A stretch of DNA of 64,000 nt from Antechinus flavipes (taxonomy: Eukaryota): positions 40,672,001 to 40,736,000 of the forward strand of contig NC_067401.1 in the NCBI RefSeq assembly GCF_016432865.1, written 5' to 3'. The notes below the pieces were generated by a model that made no database searches, was not told where the DNA came from, and worked only from the letters and a program-made list of their open reading frames with translations. Positions 12,101 through 26,549 of the stretch are shown piece after piece; position 1 is the stretch's first letter; each line of letters starts with the position of its first letter. The position numbers and the translations under genes were made by a program.

Positions 12101-15100
12101 CCCCATGGGAATACCTAATTATGATAAATTTGGAAACCATTGCTATAGACTGATAGCTCCACCCTGTGGTTTAGATTTATCTCAAAGCCGAAGGGAAAAA
12201 ATGGGAGAGTTAAAAGCAGCCTCTCCCAGCATTTCATTAAGTTTCATATTCACCTTAGACACCTAAAAAGGACTCTGATATGGGACCACTGATTCTCCTT
12301 ATGGAAGGAAATGAATTTAGGGCTTTTAATTCAAGGTGACAGCAGTCCTCTTGCTCTCCATCCTCATATGAATTCCCAGATGTGGGTATTGATTCTTAGA
12401 AATCTTCAAAGTTTGGGGATACATATCCTAGAAACATCTCCTGGCATTTTTCATGTCTCAATTTTGTTTTGTTTTGTTTTGTTGAGACAATAGGAGTTAT
12501 GTGGTTTGCTCAGGGTCACACAGCTAGAAAGTGTTAAGTGTCTGAGGCCAAATCTCAAAACCATAAAATCGAAACCTAGATGGCTCTTGATGGCTTTTCT
12601 ACTTCCAAGGCTATCAACATAATCGTCCTGTCCCTGAGAAGTGATCCAGTCCAGTGGAAAGATCTGGAGTCAGTCAGATGATCTAGTTCATATCTCACTT
12701 CTGAAGTGACTGTGGGCAAAATATTTAAAAATCTCTGAGCCTTGATTCTCTCATCTGTAAAATAAAGGTCATTGGACTCAATGATTTTTCCAAGGTCTTA
12801 TAATTTTAGATATATGATAATTCCAAATTTAAGAACTGTTTCAAGTTAAAGAATCTTGCATTGCTCAGACATTCTTTCCCTATTCAAAAGACTGATTTCC
12901 CCATCTTTGACTCTTTAATTCCATGATTGAGACTGTACCACTCCCTCTGACTTTCCCTGGCTCGTTTCAGGAATTCTTGGCATTCCACCATTATAGCTGC
13001 TACTATTTCTTGGGTGCTCTCTCTCCCCTACCTCTTCGGAGGAACTGACATCTTAGTGGGTGGATTAGACAGTGTACGGTGGGAAAGGGAAGGAGGAATG
13101 TTTACATCAGTGCTAAATCTTCAGAAAAAGAGACAGCTCCCTTTTATTGGCCAAGCACAAAGCCTAACCTCCACTCCACAAAAATCCAAGTCAATTAATT
13201 CCCAATAGATGAAATTAAAAGAGATGTACCTAATTGTTTCTAGAAGATGCTAGTGGGTATGTTCACTACCTCTATCAGAGACATAAGGCATAAAAATTCT
13301 CCATTTTTAGCTAAGCTTTGGACCAGATGAAACTTTATTTCATCTAATCCCTTCATTTTACAAATAAGGAAGTAGAAATCTAAAAAGGTAGTAAATAGAA
13401 CCAGTATTCAAACTCATTTCAATAATTTCAAATTCAGTGATGTACTATATACTATGATGAGTCCTTGAGAGTTCTTTCTGCTTTTTTTTCCCCCCTGACC
13501 CTACAAAATAAAGAAAAGCCAAAGAAGAGAACCTCAACATCCCTGGTCATGTAGGTTTTGATTTAATCATTTCACTCTGGGCTAATTATCATGATGGTGT
13601 GCAAAGGAGTATACTCCAATGTGTCTACAACTCTTTCAATGTGGTGGGATTGAGTTGCTCAGGAATTGTATTGTGCCAGAGAGATGGCTTTACTTTGAGA
13701 ATCCTTATATCCATTTATATCCTTTTACTGCTTCATTTAAACCTTGGGTTGGGAGAAAGGATATTGCTCTAGTGAGGAGGCTGATCTGCAGACTTAGGGC
13801 CCCCTAATTCATTTTTTGCACTCTTTCAAGGACACTGCCTCCTTTGTTAAAGTTGACATTCATTTCTATTTGGCAGAACCCATTTCTTTTTGGCATTAGG
13901 TTAATTGTCTTCACTCCTTCCTGTCCTCAAAGAGGTTTCTGTTCTTGCTTGGGGACTCTATTTGGCTCACAGCCTGTTAAGAAAAAAGTCAACCTGATGT
14001 TTGATTTACCTGATCACTTTGTTTTCTGTAGTGCAGCCCTTATTGTGACTCCCTGGGGACTCTGGCTGGCATCAGAAAAGAAAAAAAAATTAACATTTTA
14101 AAATTTAATTAAAAAAAAAAAAAGCTAATCTTTGAGTTTCTGTATTGGCCCATCATAGAAAAGTGCATGGGTTAAGGGAGAATCCTTGAAATTTATTTTT
14201 TTTGAGTCTGGAAAAATAAAGCTTAAAAGGATGTTTTGTGTTTTTAGGGTAAAGGTTTGATTATAAGGAGTTCCTTTACAAAATCAGAATTTAAAAAAAA
14301 ATTTTTTTTTCTATTATGTCTATTGCTCCCATCTAAGTTTTGAACTAGATGGGACGTTTAAATATTCTTATCTACTCCCTTCTTTTTGAGGTAAGGAAGT
14401 GGAAATCCAGAAAAGTAATAAATACTAGAACCAGTACCCAATTTCAATAATTTCAAATTTAGTTGATAATTTAAAAAAAAAAAGCTTCATTGTTTTAATT
14501 TCTTTAAATTTTGATGATTAAAAATCATGTTGTTCAGGATTGGATTTTTAATAATTTAAAAAATATTCACTTTATGTTGAGTATGCCTAAGCTAATTATA
14601 CAAATCCTGATGTATTGGAACTTGAAACTTTAAAAAAGGGACATTTCAAGGATAAGTGAGTAGGACAATTTGTAGACACTTTCAGGGGCATGTCAATTTG
14701 ACTTTGAAAGCAATTAGCTAAACTTTCTCTAGCAGGCTTCAGTAAAAGGGAGGCTTAACCTTTTCATCCCAGTCTTGCTAGTTCTTTGTCATCCTCCAGA
14801 GATAATTAAGAAAAATGGAGGTAGATTATATTATACTGGTAGTAAAAATAAAAATACTGTGGCTGGTCCTGCCAATTTTTTTTTTTTTTTTTTTTGCCTT
14901 TGATAGAAACTATTAGGTACTGCTGAGATGATGCAATGACCATGACCATATTAGTGGGACTTGGAAGATGGAAATAAAGTTAAAGACATTTCTAAGCACC
15001 TTGGTTTACAGAGTAGATAGGTTCAGAGAAATAAATCGATTAGGCCTGCTAGGCATTTTCTATTACTCTAAGCTAGCTCCTGAATCTTGTGGAGCTTTTG

Positions 15101-16560
15101 AAATGAAGAAGAAGAGAGGAAACTGGAATTGACAGAATTGTTTGTTTCAAGTAAGACATTTCCAGTCACAAACACTGCTGGCTGTGAGGCTCTCCGCGGC
15201 TCAATGAGGGAAGGTTCTTGGACTCGGGAGACAAAACTTCCATTGTCTCCATTTTTTTTTTTTTTTTTTTTTGATTTTCAGCGTTCTCCAGATTAGAGGG
15301 TTCCCTCAAATGTCTATGGATTTCCACATAGCCTCGGGGAGAAGTCCCAACTTTTGTCCCAGCAACAGGGGCACATCTACACTGTCATTAGTCCCCAAGC
15401 TTGTCTAGTGAAGGAAGGGGTGGCACGCCTCATCCAGCTTCACTTGGAGAATTCTAAACTCGGCTTCCCTGAACGCCAAAGCCTCGGACTTTTATTTTTC
15501 CTTCTTTGCCCCTCAAAACGAAGCTGCAGAGGAATAAAACGGTCAATCGAAAAAGGGACGAACTTTGAGGAAAATGATAAAAGTCTTCTCAGAATCTTTT
15601 TCGAAACTCAGGTCCAAATCTAATATTTCTCTTAGACTGGGGATTGAATATGTCTTACCATATCACCGTAGGATCCGCGGGATCTTGGGGTCCTACTTTT
15701 CTCGGCGGAGGAGGCTATTGGAAGGCTAATTCCTTTCTGTAGGCGGGGGTGGGGGGGTGGGGAGATGTTTGAAAACAGATAGAACACAAAGGAAATTAGA
15801 TTCCTTTCAGAAAGGGAGAGAGTTCAAGAGGAGACGTCTTTCCCGCCAGTTCCCAGAATGCGTCGGGTATTTCAGGGATAGGGTAGGAATGGTTCGGTGA
15901 TTTTCACAGGCAGAGACAAGTCCCTCTACCAATTAGAAAGGCACCTATGAATGCAGGTCGGCACCTTCGCTGCAACCAGTCGTAGAGAATTGCCTGGAGC
16001 ACTAAGAATAAATGACAGGGCCTGAAATTGCTAGGTAATTGCTAAGAGGCAGGTCTTAAAACCGGCTAGTCCGGACTCATAAGAGCTCTGAATGAATCCA
16101 TTTCGTTACGCAGTCTCGCGAGGACAATTGGGCAGAGGCAGAACACAGACCTTTATTAAAAATAAAGTCGATTAGGGAAGCAAGAGACTACGTGGCGTAG
16201 AGCCAATCGGACGCAAAAAATCCCGATTCTAAATTGCCTTGTTCCCTTGGCCAAATAGTATTAGGGGCTACGGAGTTCCAACTCGCCTATTGTAGATGTG
16301 GTTGCCGAGTCCTCTCAATTTCAGCATTTAGAAATTCCTCAAACCTATAAAATTACACGTCTCTTACAATTTTTAAGACAAAATAGAAAGGATTGCCCAT
16401 TGCTAAAGATGTAGACATGTATTGATAGGACTTTATTTTGTAAGATAACCCTCCATCCCAGATTCCCTAACGTTAGGCTTACACTTAAGACAATATAAAA
16501 AAGCCATTTGTGTTTTGTTTGAAACTCAAGTGAATAGCATCTTTTTCTGACAAAGTGGGT

Positions 16561-16576
16561 GGCTCTGAAAAGAGCC
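16561..16576 (-). terminator. Histone 3' stem-loop (H2B copy 1) with downstream purine-rich HDE
   Basis: Minus strand caaaGGCTCTTTTCAGAGCCaccca followed by tcagaaaaagatgc. Confidence 0.95.
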
Positions 16577-16615
16577 TTTGTTTCATGGGAAGTCGATGAC
16601 TCCNNNNNNNNNNNN

Positions 16616-16996
16616 NNNNNNNNNNNNNNNNNNNNNNNNNNNNNNNNNNNNNNNNNNNNNNNNNNNNNNNNNNNNNNNNNNNNNNNNNNNNNNNNNNNNN
16701 NNNNNNNNNNNNNNNNNNNNNNNNNNNNNNNNNNNNNNNNNNNNNNNNNNNNNNNNNNNNNNNNNNNNNNNNNNNNNNNNNNNNNNNNNNNNNNNNNNNN
16801 NNNNNNNNNNNNNNNNNNNNNNNNNNNNNNNNNNNNNNNNNNNNNNNNNNNNNNNNNNNNNNNNNNNNNNNNNNNNNNNNNNNNNNNNNNNNNNNNNNNN
16901 NNNNNNNNNNNNNNNNNNNNNNNNNNNNNGAGCCTTGGTCACGGCTTTCTTGGAACCCTTCTTAGGGGCAGGAGCCGATTTCCCTGGTTCAGGCAT
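16616..16996 (-). CDS. H2B: Histone H2B, N-terminal variant MPEPGKSAP; codons 23 to stop masked
   Basis: The visible 67 nt encode MPEPGKSAPAPKKGSKKAVTKA. The end is inferred from the canonical 381-nt length. N block 16604-16929. Octamer, TATA and stem-loop are all present. Confidence 0.85.
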
Positions 16997-17727
<731 letters not shown>

Positions 17728-17770
17728 ACGATAAGGGGGACCAGAACTTGTCCCTCCACCCCCCCCAAAC

Positions 17771-17786
17771 GGCTCTTTTAAGAGCC
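17771..17786 (+). terminator. Histone 3' stem-loop (H2AC21)
   Basis: caaacGGCTCTTTTAAGAGCCaccc followed by tcagattaaggggct. Confidence 0.95.
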
Positions 17787-17899
17787 ACCCTCCTCTATCA
17801 GATTAAGGGGCTATTATCACTGAAAAAAATATTCATTCAACACCTCAAAATAAAATATAATGTCAATATGTATTTCAGCTCTTTTTTGATGAAATGGGT

Positions 17900-17915
17900 G
17901 GCTCTGAAAAGAGCC
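17900..17915 (-). terminator. Histone 3' stem-loop (H2AC20-position gene)
   Basis: Minus strand aaaaGGCTCTTTTCAGAGCCaccca followed by HDE caaaaaagagctg. Confidence 0.95.
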
Positions 17916-17955
17916 TTTTGTCTTTGGTGGTATCACGTAAGTTGCTAGAGCACAA

Positions 17956-18678
<723 letters not shown>

Positions 18679-19059
18679 ATGCCCGAGCCGGCCAAGTCCG
18701 CCCCTGCCCCCAAGAAGGGCTCCAAGAAAGCCGTGACCAAGGCTCNNNNNNNNNNNNNNNNNNNNNNNNNNNNNNNNNNNNNNNNNNNNNNNNNNNNNNN
18801 NNNNNNNNNNNNNNNNNNNNNNNNNNNNNNNNNNNNNNNNNNNNNNNNNNNNNNNNNNNNNNNNNNNNNNNNNNNNNNNNNNNNNNNNNTCNNNNNNNNN
18901 NNNNNNNNNNNNNNNNNNNNNNNNNNNNNNNNNNNNNNNNNNNNNNNNNNNNNNNNNNNNNNNNNNNNNNNNNNNNNNNNNNNNNNNNNNNNNNNNNNNN
19001 NNNNNNNNNNNNNNNNNNNNNNNNNNNNNNNNNNNNNNNNNNNNNNNNNNNNNNNNNNN
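18679..19059 (+). CDS. H2BC21: Histone H2B, positional orthologue of H2BC21 (HIST2H2BE); mostly masked
   Basis: Visible MPEPAKSAPAPKKGSKKAVTKA. The unmasked 'tc' at 18890-18891 falls at positions 2-3 of codon 71, which fits the canonical Phe TTC. The end is inferred from the 381-nt length. The symbol is assigned by position. Confidence 0.8.
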
Positions 19060-19099
19060 NNNNNNNNNNNNNAGGGGGCAGGCTCCCTGTGAACTAAAA

Positions 19100-19115
19100 G
19101 GCTCTTTTCAGAGCC
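19100..19115 (+). terminator. Histone 3' stem-loop (H2BC21-position gene)
   Basis: aaaaGGCTCTTTTCAGAGCCaccta followed by HDE taaaaagagctc (19129-19140). Confidence 0.95.
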
Positions 19116-21559
19116 ACCTACCTAGTCCTAAAAAGAGCTCTAACCAACCTAAGCATGTGGGGATGTCCTTGGTATTTTTAATAGAGCGACTTGCCTAGAG
19201 TACTGGCTGCTGAAGCTTGGCAGCTTTGGAACTTCAGCTTTAGAGATGATCGATTAACCCAATAACTTTTACTCTCTAATTAAATCCTTTTTGCATAGCT
19301 ATTTTCTTAAGCTTTTGATGTTTACTAAATGCGTGATAGTTGATGGGCACTTATTTGGATTGAACTCGGCAGTTGACTGCTTTTTGCTGCTAACTTTACA
19401 GCTTTTTACCATTTCAGAAGTCCTACCATTTTAAGCTGCATGGAAGTAAAAGACCTTGTACCTATTGGTCATATTTAAGATTGTGGGGGTGGAGTGGTGG
19501 GGAGCAAATTTTTATTACTGCCTAACATACTTTGATTTCAGCAAAACTTTCACCCTCCCAATTCACTGGACTCCTTTGTCATTGGGTAGCATTAAAATTC
19601 GAAAGTCCCTCGCTGTTTTCGAATTGGCTAATGAATACTGTTTACTCGACTTTCACTGGAGGACTTCCGAGCCTCCTGGACTTCTTCCATGCCATTACAA
19701 TACAGGATTTTCCATGGACTGTGTAAATTCATTGTAAGATATAATGAACAAACTTTATTGCTCTATTCCATTTCCATCTTTTCCTTCAATCTGTTATAGT
19801 TTTGTGAATATTTTTGAAAACAATTTCTAAATATCTGACAGTATGGAACAAGTACATTTTTATTTAGAATCCAGCTACTACTACTACTACAAAGCTTTCA
19901 CCTTGTAAAAGCATCTACAATATTCCGGGCTGTGTGCTAAAGAAAACAAACAAGAATTGGAGTCCTAGAGAAGGTATTTTACTCTTTCCCTTCTCCTCCC
20001 CTCCCCCCAAAGGATTAAATCGATTTCCCTTTTCAAATGAGCTTCAATCAAGTTCTAAAGAATGACCCAAGGAAGAAAATCCTTCCCTGGAGACCTTTCC
20101 TCCTACTTTCATCTTTTCCACTTTCTTCAGCTAGGCTGAGCTAAGAAAAGTAAATCCTTCTCAGAAAATATTAGCCTCATATCAGTCATATTTTTACTAA
20201 CATTAGCCTGAGGACAAAATAAGATAGATTTAATGTGACTATACTTAACATGTGTTGGTCAACCTGCCATGGGGGGTGGGGATGGAGGAAGGAAGGAAAA
20301 AACTGGAACAAAAGGTTTGGCAATTGTCAATGCTGTAAAATTACCCATGCATATAACTTGTAAATAAAAAGCTATATATGTGTATATATATATTTAATAT
20401 GACTAGAAAAAAGCTTTTAAAAAGGCAAAAAAGAGTAGTTGATCTGGAATCCAGACCTAGGGTTGCCTAATAAACAAGCAACTAAAAATATCAATCAGCA
20501 CATCTATGTCGGGAAGTCTGTGTCTATATCTAGAGCTCAGGAAGAGAAAACAATTATAGGGATGGGATGTCTGTTGCAGACAAAAGAAGGTTAAGTAATT
20601 AGACCAAATTGGCACAGACTGTTACTGGAAAAGCAGGATTTGAATATGGGCCCTTTGACTGCCAAACCTATGCTTTCCCCAAAGTTAAAGTTACTTTTCC
20701 ATAGGTAGGGAGAGGGGGAAAAATCTCTATATTGACTCAATTGTGTTTCCTAGGATGACTGGAGATGGCTCTGGATGCAATGGGAGATTTGGGCCTTTTC
20801 AAGTTAACTTAAATAGGTCTTTAACAGGTCTTAGTTTGATTGAGGCAATGCCCAACTCAGTGATTAAGACCAGATAGGAAATGAAGCAGAGAATGGTCTC
20901 TATTATATAATCAAAAAAAGAAAAAAAGAAAAAAAAAGATTCTCAGAGTTTCTGGCTAAAACAGAAAGAAGATTGCTATTTACATTCAGTCAAGAGTTGA
21001 TCCCAGAGAATAGCCTGGTGTAGTGAATCCTACATTCTTAGGCCCTGAGTGATAATGGTGGTGGTGTTTTCCTTTTCTTGGAAGCAAGGACCATTAGAAA
21101 TCTTAATATCCTTAAAAATTTAGAAAGGATCACTCTTGTAAGTTAAATACTTTATTTCATAATCAAGGAGCTAGAATTTCAGGTGAATTTGATTTAATGA
21201 AATTTTTGTTGTCTTCCAAATGATAATCCTCTACACTAGCCATCTCTCCACACTTTTAAAATTCCATATCAAGCTGTGTGTGTCAAACATTTTAAAAGTA
21301 TGACCCCACTGTAGGTTCGTTTGCTTCTAAATCATATAATGTGCTGCTGCAATACTAAGAACTATAAAACATATCAAAATAGAAATGAGAAAGATATGAG
21401 ATGAAGCTGAGATTATTTGATCCCAGAATCAATAATGATGGCTGGAGTCTGTGTGACATGTTCATATCATATCATTAAAAAAATCATTTTGGGGAGCAGC
21501 CGAGAAAATGAATTAGGGATGAGACGGGTCGGGGGACCAATTAGTTACCATTGCAAAGT

Positions 21560-21750
21560 TATTTTTGACTCTTTGTGACTCCATTTGAGGTTTTCTTGGC
21601 AAAGATTCTGCAGGGGTTTGCCATTTTCTTCTCCAAGTTTATTTGTTAGATGAAGAAACTGAGGTATTCAGGGTGAAGAGACTTGCCCCAAACACTGCTA
21701 TAGTTTGAAGCCAGATGTGAACTTAAGTTTTCTGACCCCAAGTCCACTGT
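21560..21750 (-). mobile_element. MAR1-like marsupial CORE-SINE
   Basis: gttttcttggcaaagattctgcaggggtttgccattttcttctcc followed by the MIR core. Confidence 0.6.
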
Positions 21751-22059
21751 GCCTGAAATGAAATAGTGACTTAGTGGATGGATGCAGTAGTTATTTTGGA
21801 AGATGAAATAACCTTAACTTGGCAACTGAACAGATAGTAAAATGAGGGGGAACAATAAATTAAAGATAACACTTAGATTGTGAATCTGGGTGACCAGGAG
21901 AATGGTGGTGATCTTGAACAGTAATAGAAAAGTTTAGAAAAGAGAGTGAGGAGGAAGAGAATGTATTCAGATCTGCAATAAAATTACTAATCCCACCATG
22001 CCTGTTCATTCTGTGCTACTCAGTCTCACTTTAAATCAAAAAAATATTTTTTTCCCCCC

Positions 22060-23210
22060 AAGAATTTCTTTTCATTTTATTTTTTAATAGCTTTTTATGG
22101 ACAAAACATATTCATGGGTAATTTTTCAGCATTGACCCTTGCAAAAACTTCTGTTCCAACTTTTCCCCTCCACCTCCTAGATGGCAGTCCCATACATGTT
22201 AAATATGTTAAAGTATATGTTAAATACAATATATGTATACATATTTATACAGTTATCTTGCTATACAAGAAAAATTGGATTTATAAAGAAGTAAAAATAA
22301 CCTGGGAAGAAAAACAAAAATGCAAGAACAATAACAGAAAGAGTGAAAATGCTATGTTGTGGTCCACACTCATTTCCCATAGTTCTTTTGCTGGGTGTAG
22401 CTGGTTCTGTTCATTACTGAACAATTGGAACTGATTTGGATCCACTCATTGTGGAAGAGAGCCACTTCCAAAAGAAATGATGCTCATATAGTATTGATGT
22501 TGCTGTGTACAATGATCTCCTGGTACTGCTCATTTCATTCAGCATCAGTTCATGTAAGTCTTTCCAGGCCTTTCTGAAATCACCCTGCTGGTCATTTCTT
22601 ACAGAACAATAATATTCCATAACACTCATGTACCACAATTTACTAAGCTATTCTCTAATTGATGGGTATCCATTCAATTTCCAGTTTCTGGCCACTACAA
22701 ACAGGGCCATCACAAACATTTTGGCACATACAGGCCCCTTACCCTTCTTTAAGATCTCTTTGGGATATAGCCCAATAGTAGCACTGCTGGATCAAAGGGT
22801 ATGCACAGTTTGACAACTTTTTGAACATAGTTTCAAATTGCTCTCCAGAATGGTTGTATCCATTCACAATTCTACCAACAATGTAGTAGTGTCTCAGTTT
22901 TCCCACATGCCCTCAAACGTTCATTTTTATCTTTTCCTGTCATCTTAGCCAATCTGAGAGGTATATAGTGATATCTCAGAGTTGCCTTAATTTGCTTTTC
23001 TCTGATCAATAATGATTTAGAGCAAGCACCTTCTTATATAGGTAGAAAGAGTTTCAATTTCTTCATCTGAAAATTGTTCATATCCTTTGACCATTTATCA
23101 ATTGGAGAATGGCTTGATTTCTTATAAATTTGAGTCAATTCTCTATATATTTTGGAAATGAGGCCTTTATCAGAACCTTTGACTGTAAAAATGTTTTCCC
23201 AGTTTATTTG
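22060..23210 (-). mobile_element. 5'-truncated LINE-1 (ORF2 C-terminus and 3' UTR)
   Basis: The minus-strand frame 22414-22638 reads WYMSVMEYYCSVRN...WKDLHELMLNEMS, the L1 ORF2 C-terminal motif (WYIYTMEYY-like). A T-rich tail lies at about 22060-22090. Confidence 0.85.
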
Positions 23211-23311
23211 AGGTGTCTTTTAATATATTGTCTGAAGGACAAAAACCCACCTTCTATGGTGAGCTTGCCATAGTCACAGGTCATCTGGAGGAGAAGAGGT
23301 TGGTGTGAGGG

Positions 23312-23345
23312 AGTGTGTGTGTGTGTGTATGTGTGTGTGTGTGTG
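23312..23345. repeat. (GT)n microsatellite
   Basis: Direct reading. Confidence 0.9.
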
Positions 23346-24852
23346 AAATTTTTCTAATGGCTGAAGCTGCTGCTTTTTAGGTACCCTGGTAGTAGTGGTT
23401 GGGTTATCCTGAAAGGTGGATTTGGGTAGGGGATAGTAAGAAAAATTGGGGATAAAGGTTGGTGTTTGTGATAGAGACAAGCCTAGTAGGACTTGGATGG
23501 AAAGGTAATATAACCTTACTCTGCTCAGAGACCTAAAGCAATTTATCCATTCTGTCTGCCATTAGCTCAATATAGTAAATTGAGTGAGTAAGTATTAGTG
23601 GAAGAGTAACAGCACAAGATGAGCAGGCACATGTAGGCTGGGATTACATTATCTTTCATCCCAATCTTGTCCCTCTTCTGAACCTTCCCTATTTCTATTG
23701 AAAGCATCACCGTCTCTTCAGTCACCTGGTATTTTCCTTGACCCATCAATCTCCCTTACCCCATATATCTAATCAATTGCCAAATCTTGTAATTTCTACC
23801 CCACAAAATCTCTTGTATATCCATACTTTGCCTAAATGCCACTAATCTAGTTTATACCCTCACTAATTCTCTGTTAAGAGTATTTTGATTCTATTCTAAT
23901 TAGTCTCTTTGCCTCTGGTCTCCCTTCAATCTATCCTTCACCCACCTACCAAAACAATTTTCACAAATCACAGATCTAATCACATTTATTCATTCCCAGT
24001 TGATTTAGAATAAAATGGCATTTTGTCTTTATATCATACTTTTTATATTTTTGTGTAAGCTTTATAAGATAATTATTAGGACAGATATGTAATTTGTAAA
24101 TAAGTAAATATTTATTCAGAGAGTGTGTGATCAAAAATTTTATTTCAGAGACATACAATCAAAAAAAAAATTGAGACTACTGCTCTACTGCTCCAGATTT
24201 TCTCCTTTTTGCTTAGGAAATGATTTAGATGTTCCTATGTTCTATATGGAGGTCTACAAAGGGGAAAATGAGTTATGATAAATAGGAAGATAATTATATC
24301 CAAAATATAGGGTTCTTAAAAAGAAAATTCAGTCTCTGGGTTTTAGGATCAATCTGAAAAATAAATCTCTCATGATGGTTGGAGGTGAGAGAACTGTTAC
24401 CTATGGAGAACTGCTTCTTGGAATTACTTCACCATATATACAGAAAAAGGATAGTTCTGGGAGGAGGTGAAATCCTGTTTAGTAGGAGGCTCTCTATTCC
24501 TACAGAATAATTGTATAAGGAATTCCATTTAAAGCACTCCAGCAACTGGGATAATCACTCACTAGAAAATAAGCTCAAATCCTAGAATAATGGAAACGGG
24601 ACTGGCTGTCAACACCTTGATTTTAAGAAAAATCTTTGATCAGATGGAAAACAAAGTAGATGTATTATTTTGAATTTGAGCTGAACAATGGGCTAGTTAT
24701 AATAAATCTGAGGAAGTTGCTTAGCAGTTTTTTACTTTGTCAAGACTGGACCAGTGCACTTAGGGTTAGGATTTTATAAAAGGTGGAAACAAGGTGCTAA
24801 CAGAAAAGGAAAATAGAAATAGTATAAATGAATTTTAAAAAAATTAAGGTTT

Positions 24853-25115
24853 ACTTCTGAATCCAATTCTTCCTGTGCAACAAGAGAACTGCTCAGTTCT
24901 GCAAACATATATTGTATCTAGGATATACTGCAACATAGCTAACATATATAGGACTGCTTGACATCTAGGGGAGGGGGTGGAGGGAGGGAGGGAGGGGAAA
25001 AATCGGAACAGAAGCGAGTGCAAGGGATAATGTTGTAAAAAAATTACCCTAGCATGGATTCTGTCAATGTAAAGTTATTATAAAATAAAATATTAAAAAT
25101 AAATAAATAATTAAG
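24853..25115 (+). mobile_element. LINE-1 3'-UTR fragment with A-rich tail
   Basis: Close match to 42004-42231 (ttctgaatccaattcttcctgtgcaacaagag...gcaagggataatgt) and to the reverse of 22114-22250. Confidence 0.75.
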
Positions 25116-25299
25116 GTTTATTATTTTGCCAAGCTGTGTTAAGTATGAAATAAAAAGGAAGAATTTGAATTGACACTTGGAAGTTAATTCAACAATCATT
25201 TACTAGGTGTCAAATGCTGTGCTGAGTGAAGGTTTAAGGAAGGGGTTTGAGTAAATTCCCAGAAGTCTAGTAAACAAAAATTTATTAAACACCTTTTTT

Positions 25300-25365
25300 T
25301 CTCCTCCAAAAAAAAAAAAAAAAACAAAAAAAACAAACAAACAAGCAAACAAACAAACAAAAAAC
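25300..25365. repeat. poly(A)/(AAAC)n tract
   Basis: Direct reading. Confidence 0.85.
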
Positions 25366-25555
25366 CTTTTATGGAGAATTCACACAGGACAAATGATCAT
25401 ATGGTAGTCAGAAAAAGGTCTTAATATCTCTCTTTAGAACTTTAGAATTGATTGTATGACATGGGAGACACTGGCACAGGCCCAGCATGTTGAGCCCACA
25501 TCAAAGAAGCTGATGTGTTCTCTGACCAAAGCAGAATTGAAGGTAGCAAAAATTG

Positions 25556-25560
25556 AGAGA

Positions 25561-25592
<32 letters not shown>

Positions 25593-25620
25593 AGAGAAAA
25601 GAAGAGAAGAGAGAGAGATA
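25556..25620. repeat. (GA)n / (GAAGA)n microsatellite
   Basis: Direct reading. Confidence 0.9.
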
Positions 25621-25984
25621 AAATTAGAGAATTTACTCCAAATATTCATATGAATTATTTCTGCCTGACCTGAGGCGGAAGCATTCTGAATTTGTATTGG
25701 TCTGATCAGCCACAATAAGACATATTGTAACTTGAATCTAACATAAGGATGGTCTCCCTAGAGAATGGACAACAATCAAATAACCATTAAATACATACTA
25801 TGCATAAACACCTTACTGAGCACTGGGTAAAAGAAAAACAAAATATAGTCTCTGTTCTCAAAGAGCTCATTGTCTAAAGGTAAGAGCAATATCTAAACCA
25901 TTATGCTCCAAAAAGATGAATTGGAGAAAATTAACAATGGGAAAGCACTAGCATTAGGTTTAATTGAGAAAGGCTTCTTGAAAA

Positions 25985-26500
25985 AAAGAGGGGATTTTAT
26001 AGTTGTAGCAGCTGTTTTTGTGGTGACTAAGAATTGGAAATCAAGGGGATGCCCATTGTATGGAATATTATTATTGTAAAAGAAGTGACAAGCAGGATAA
26101 TACCTGAAAAATCTGGAAAGAATTACATGAACTGATGCAAAGTGGAGTGAACAGAACCAGGGGAACATTGTACCCAGTAACAGCAATATTGTTTGATGAA
26201 AACCTGTGAATGATTTGGCTATTCTCAGCAATACAATGATCTAAGACAAATTCTAAAGAATAAATGATAAAGCATGCTATTTGCTTCCAGAGAAAGAATA
26301 GATAGTGTCTGAAGCATGCTATTCTTTCCTTTTTTGTTTAACTCTTCCCAAACAAAATGGATAATATGAAAATGTTTTATATAATTGTTGCATGTATTAC
26401 CTGTATTTTGATTGGTTATTGTCTTGGGAAGGGGTGAAGGGCAGAAAGCAAGGAAAGATAGACTTTGTAACTCAAAACTTAAAAAAAAAGAACAAATAGT
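25985..26500 (+). mobile_element. Older LINE-1 3' end
   Basis: tttatagttgtagcagctgtttttgtggtgactaagaattggaaatcaaggggatgcccatt...tacatgaactgatgcaaagtg corresponds to the L1 ORF2 C-terminus and 3' UTR. Confidence 0.7.
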
Positions 26501-26549
26501 AAATATTGTTTTAATATGTAATTGGAGAAAAATAAAACATTAACATGTA

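Noticed and set aside
19116-21300. Long polyadenylated 3' UTR for the H2BC21-position gene, as in human H2BC21
   Set aside because: AATAAA hexamers exist (about 20363 and 20469) but lie in AT-rich repeat-derived sequence. Nothing in the sequence singles one out.
24270-24780. Possible CR1/L3 LINE remnant
   Set aside because: Only a faint resemblance, too decayed to support a call without a library search.
25300-25620. Short tandem arrays as a CRISPR-like structure
   Set aside because: Simple microsatellites with no unique spacers, in a vertebrate genome.
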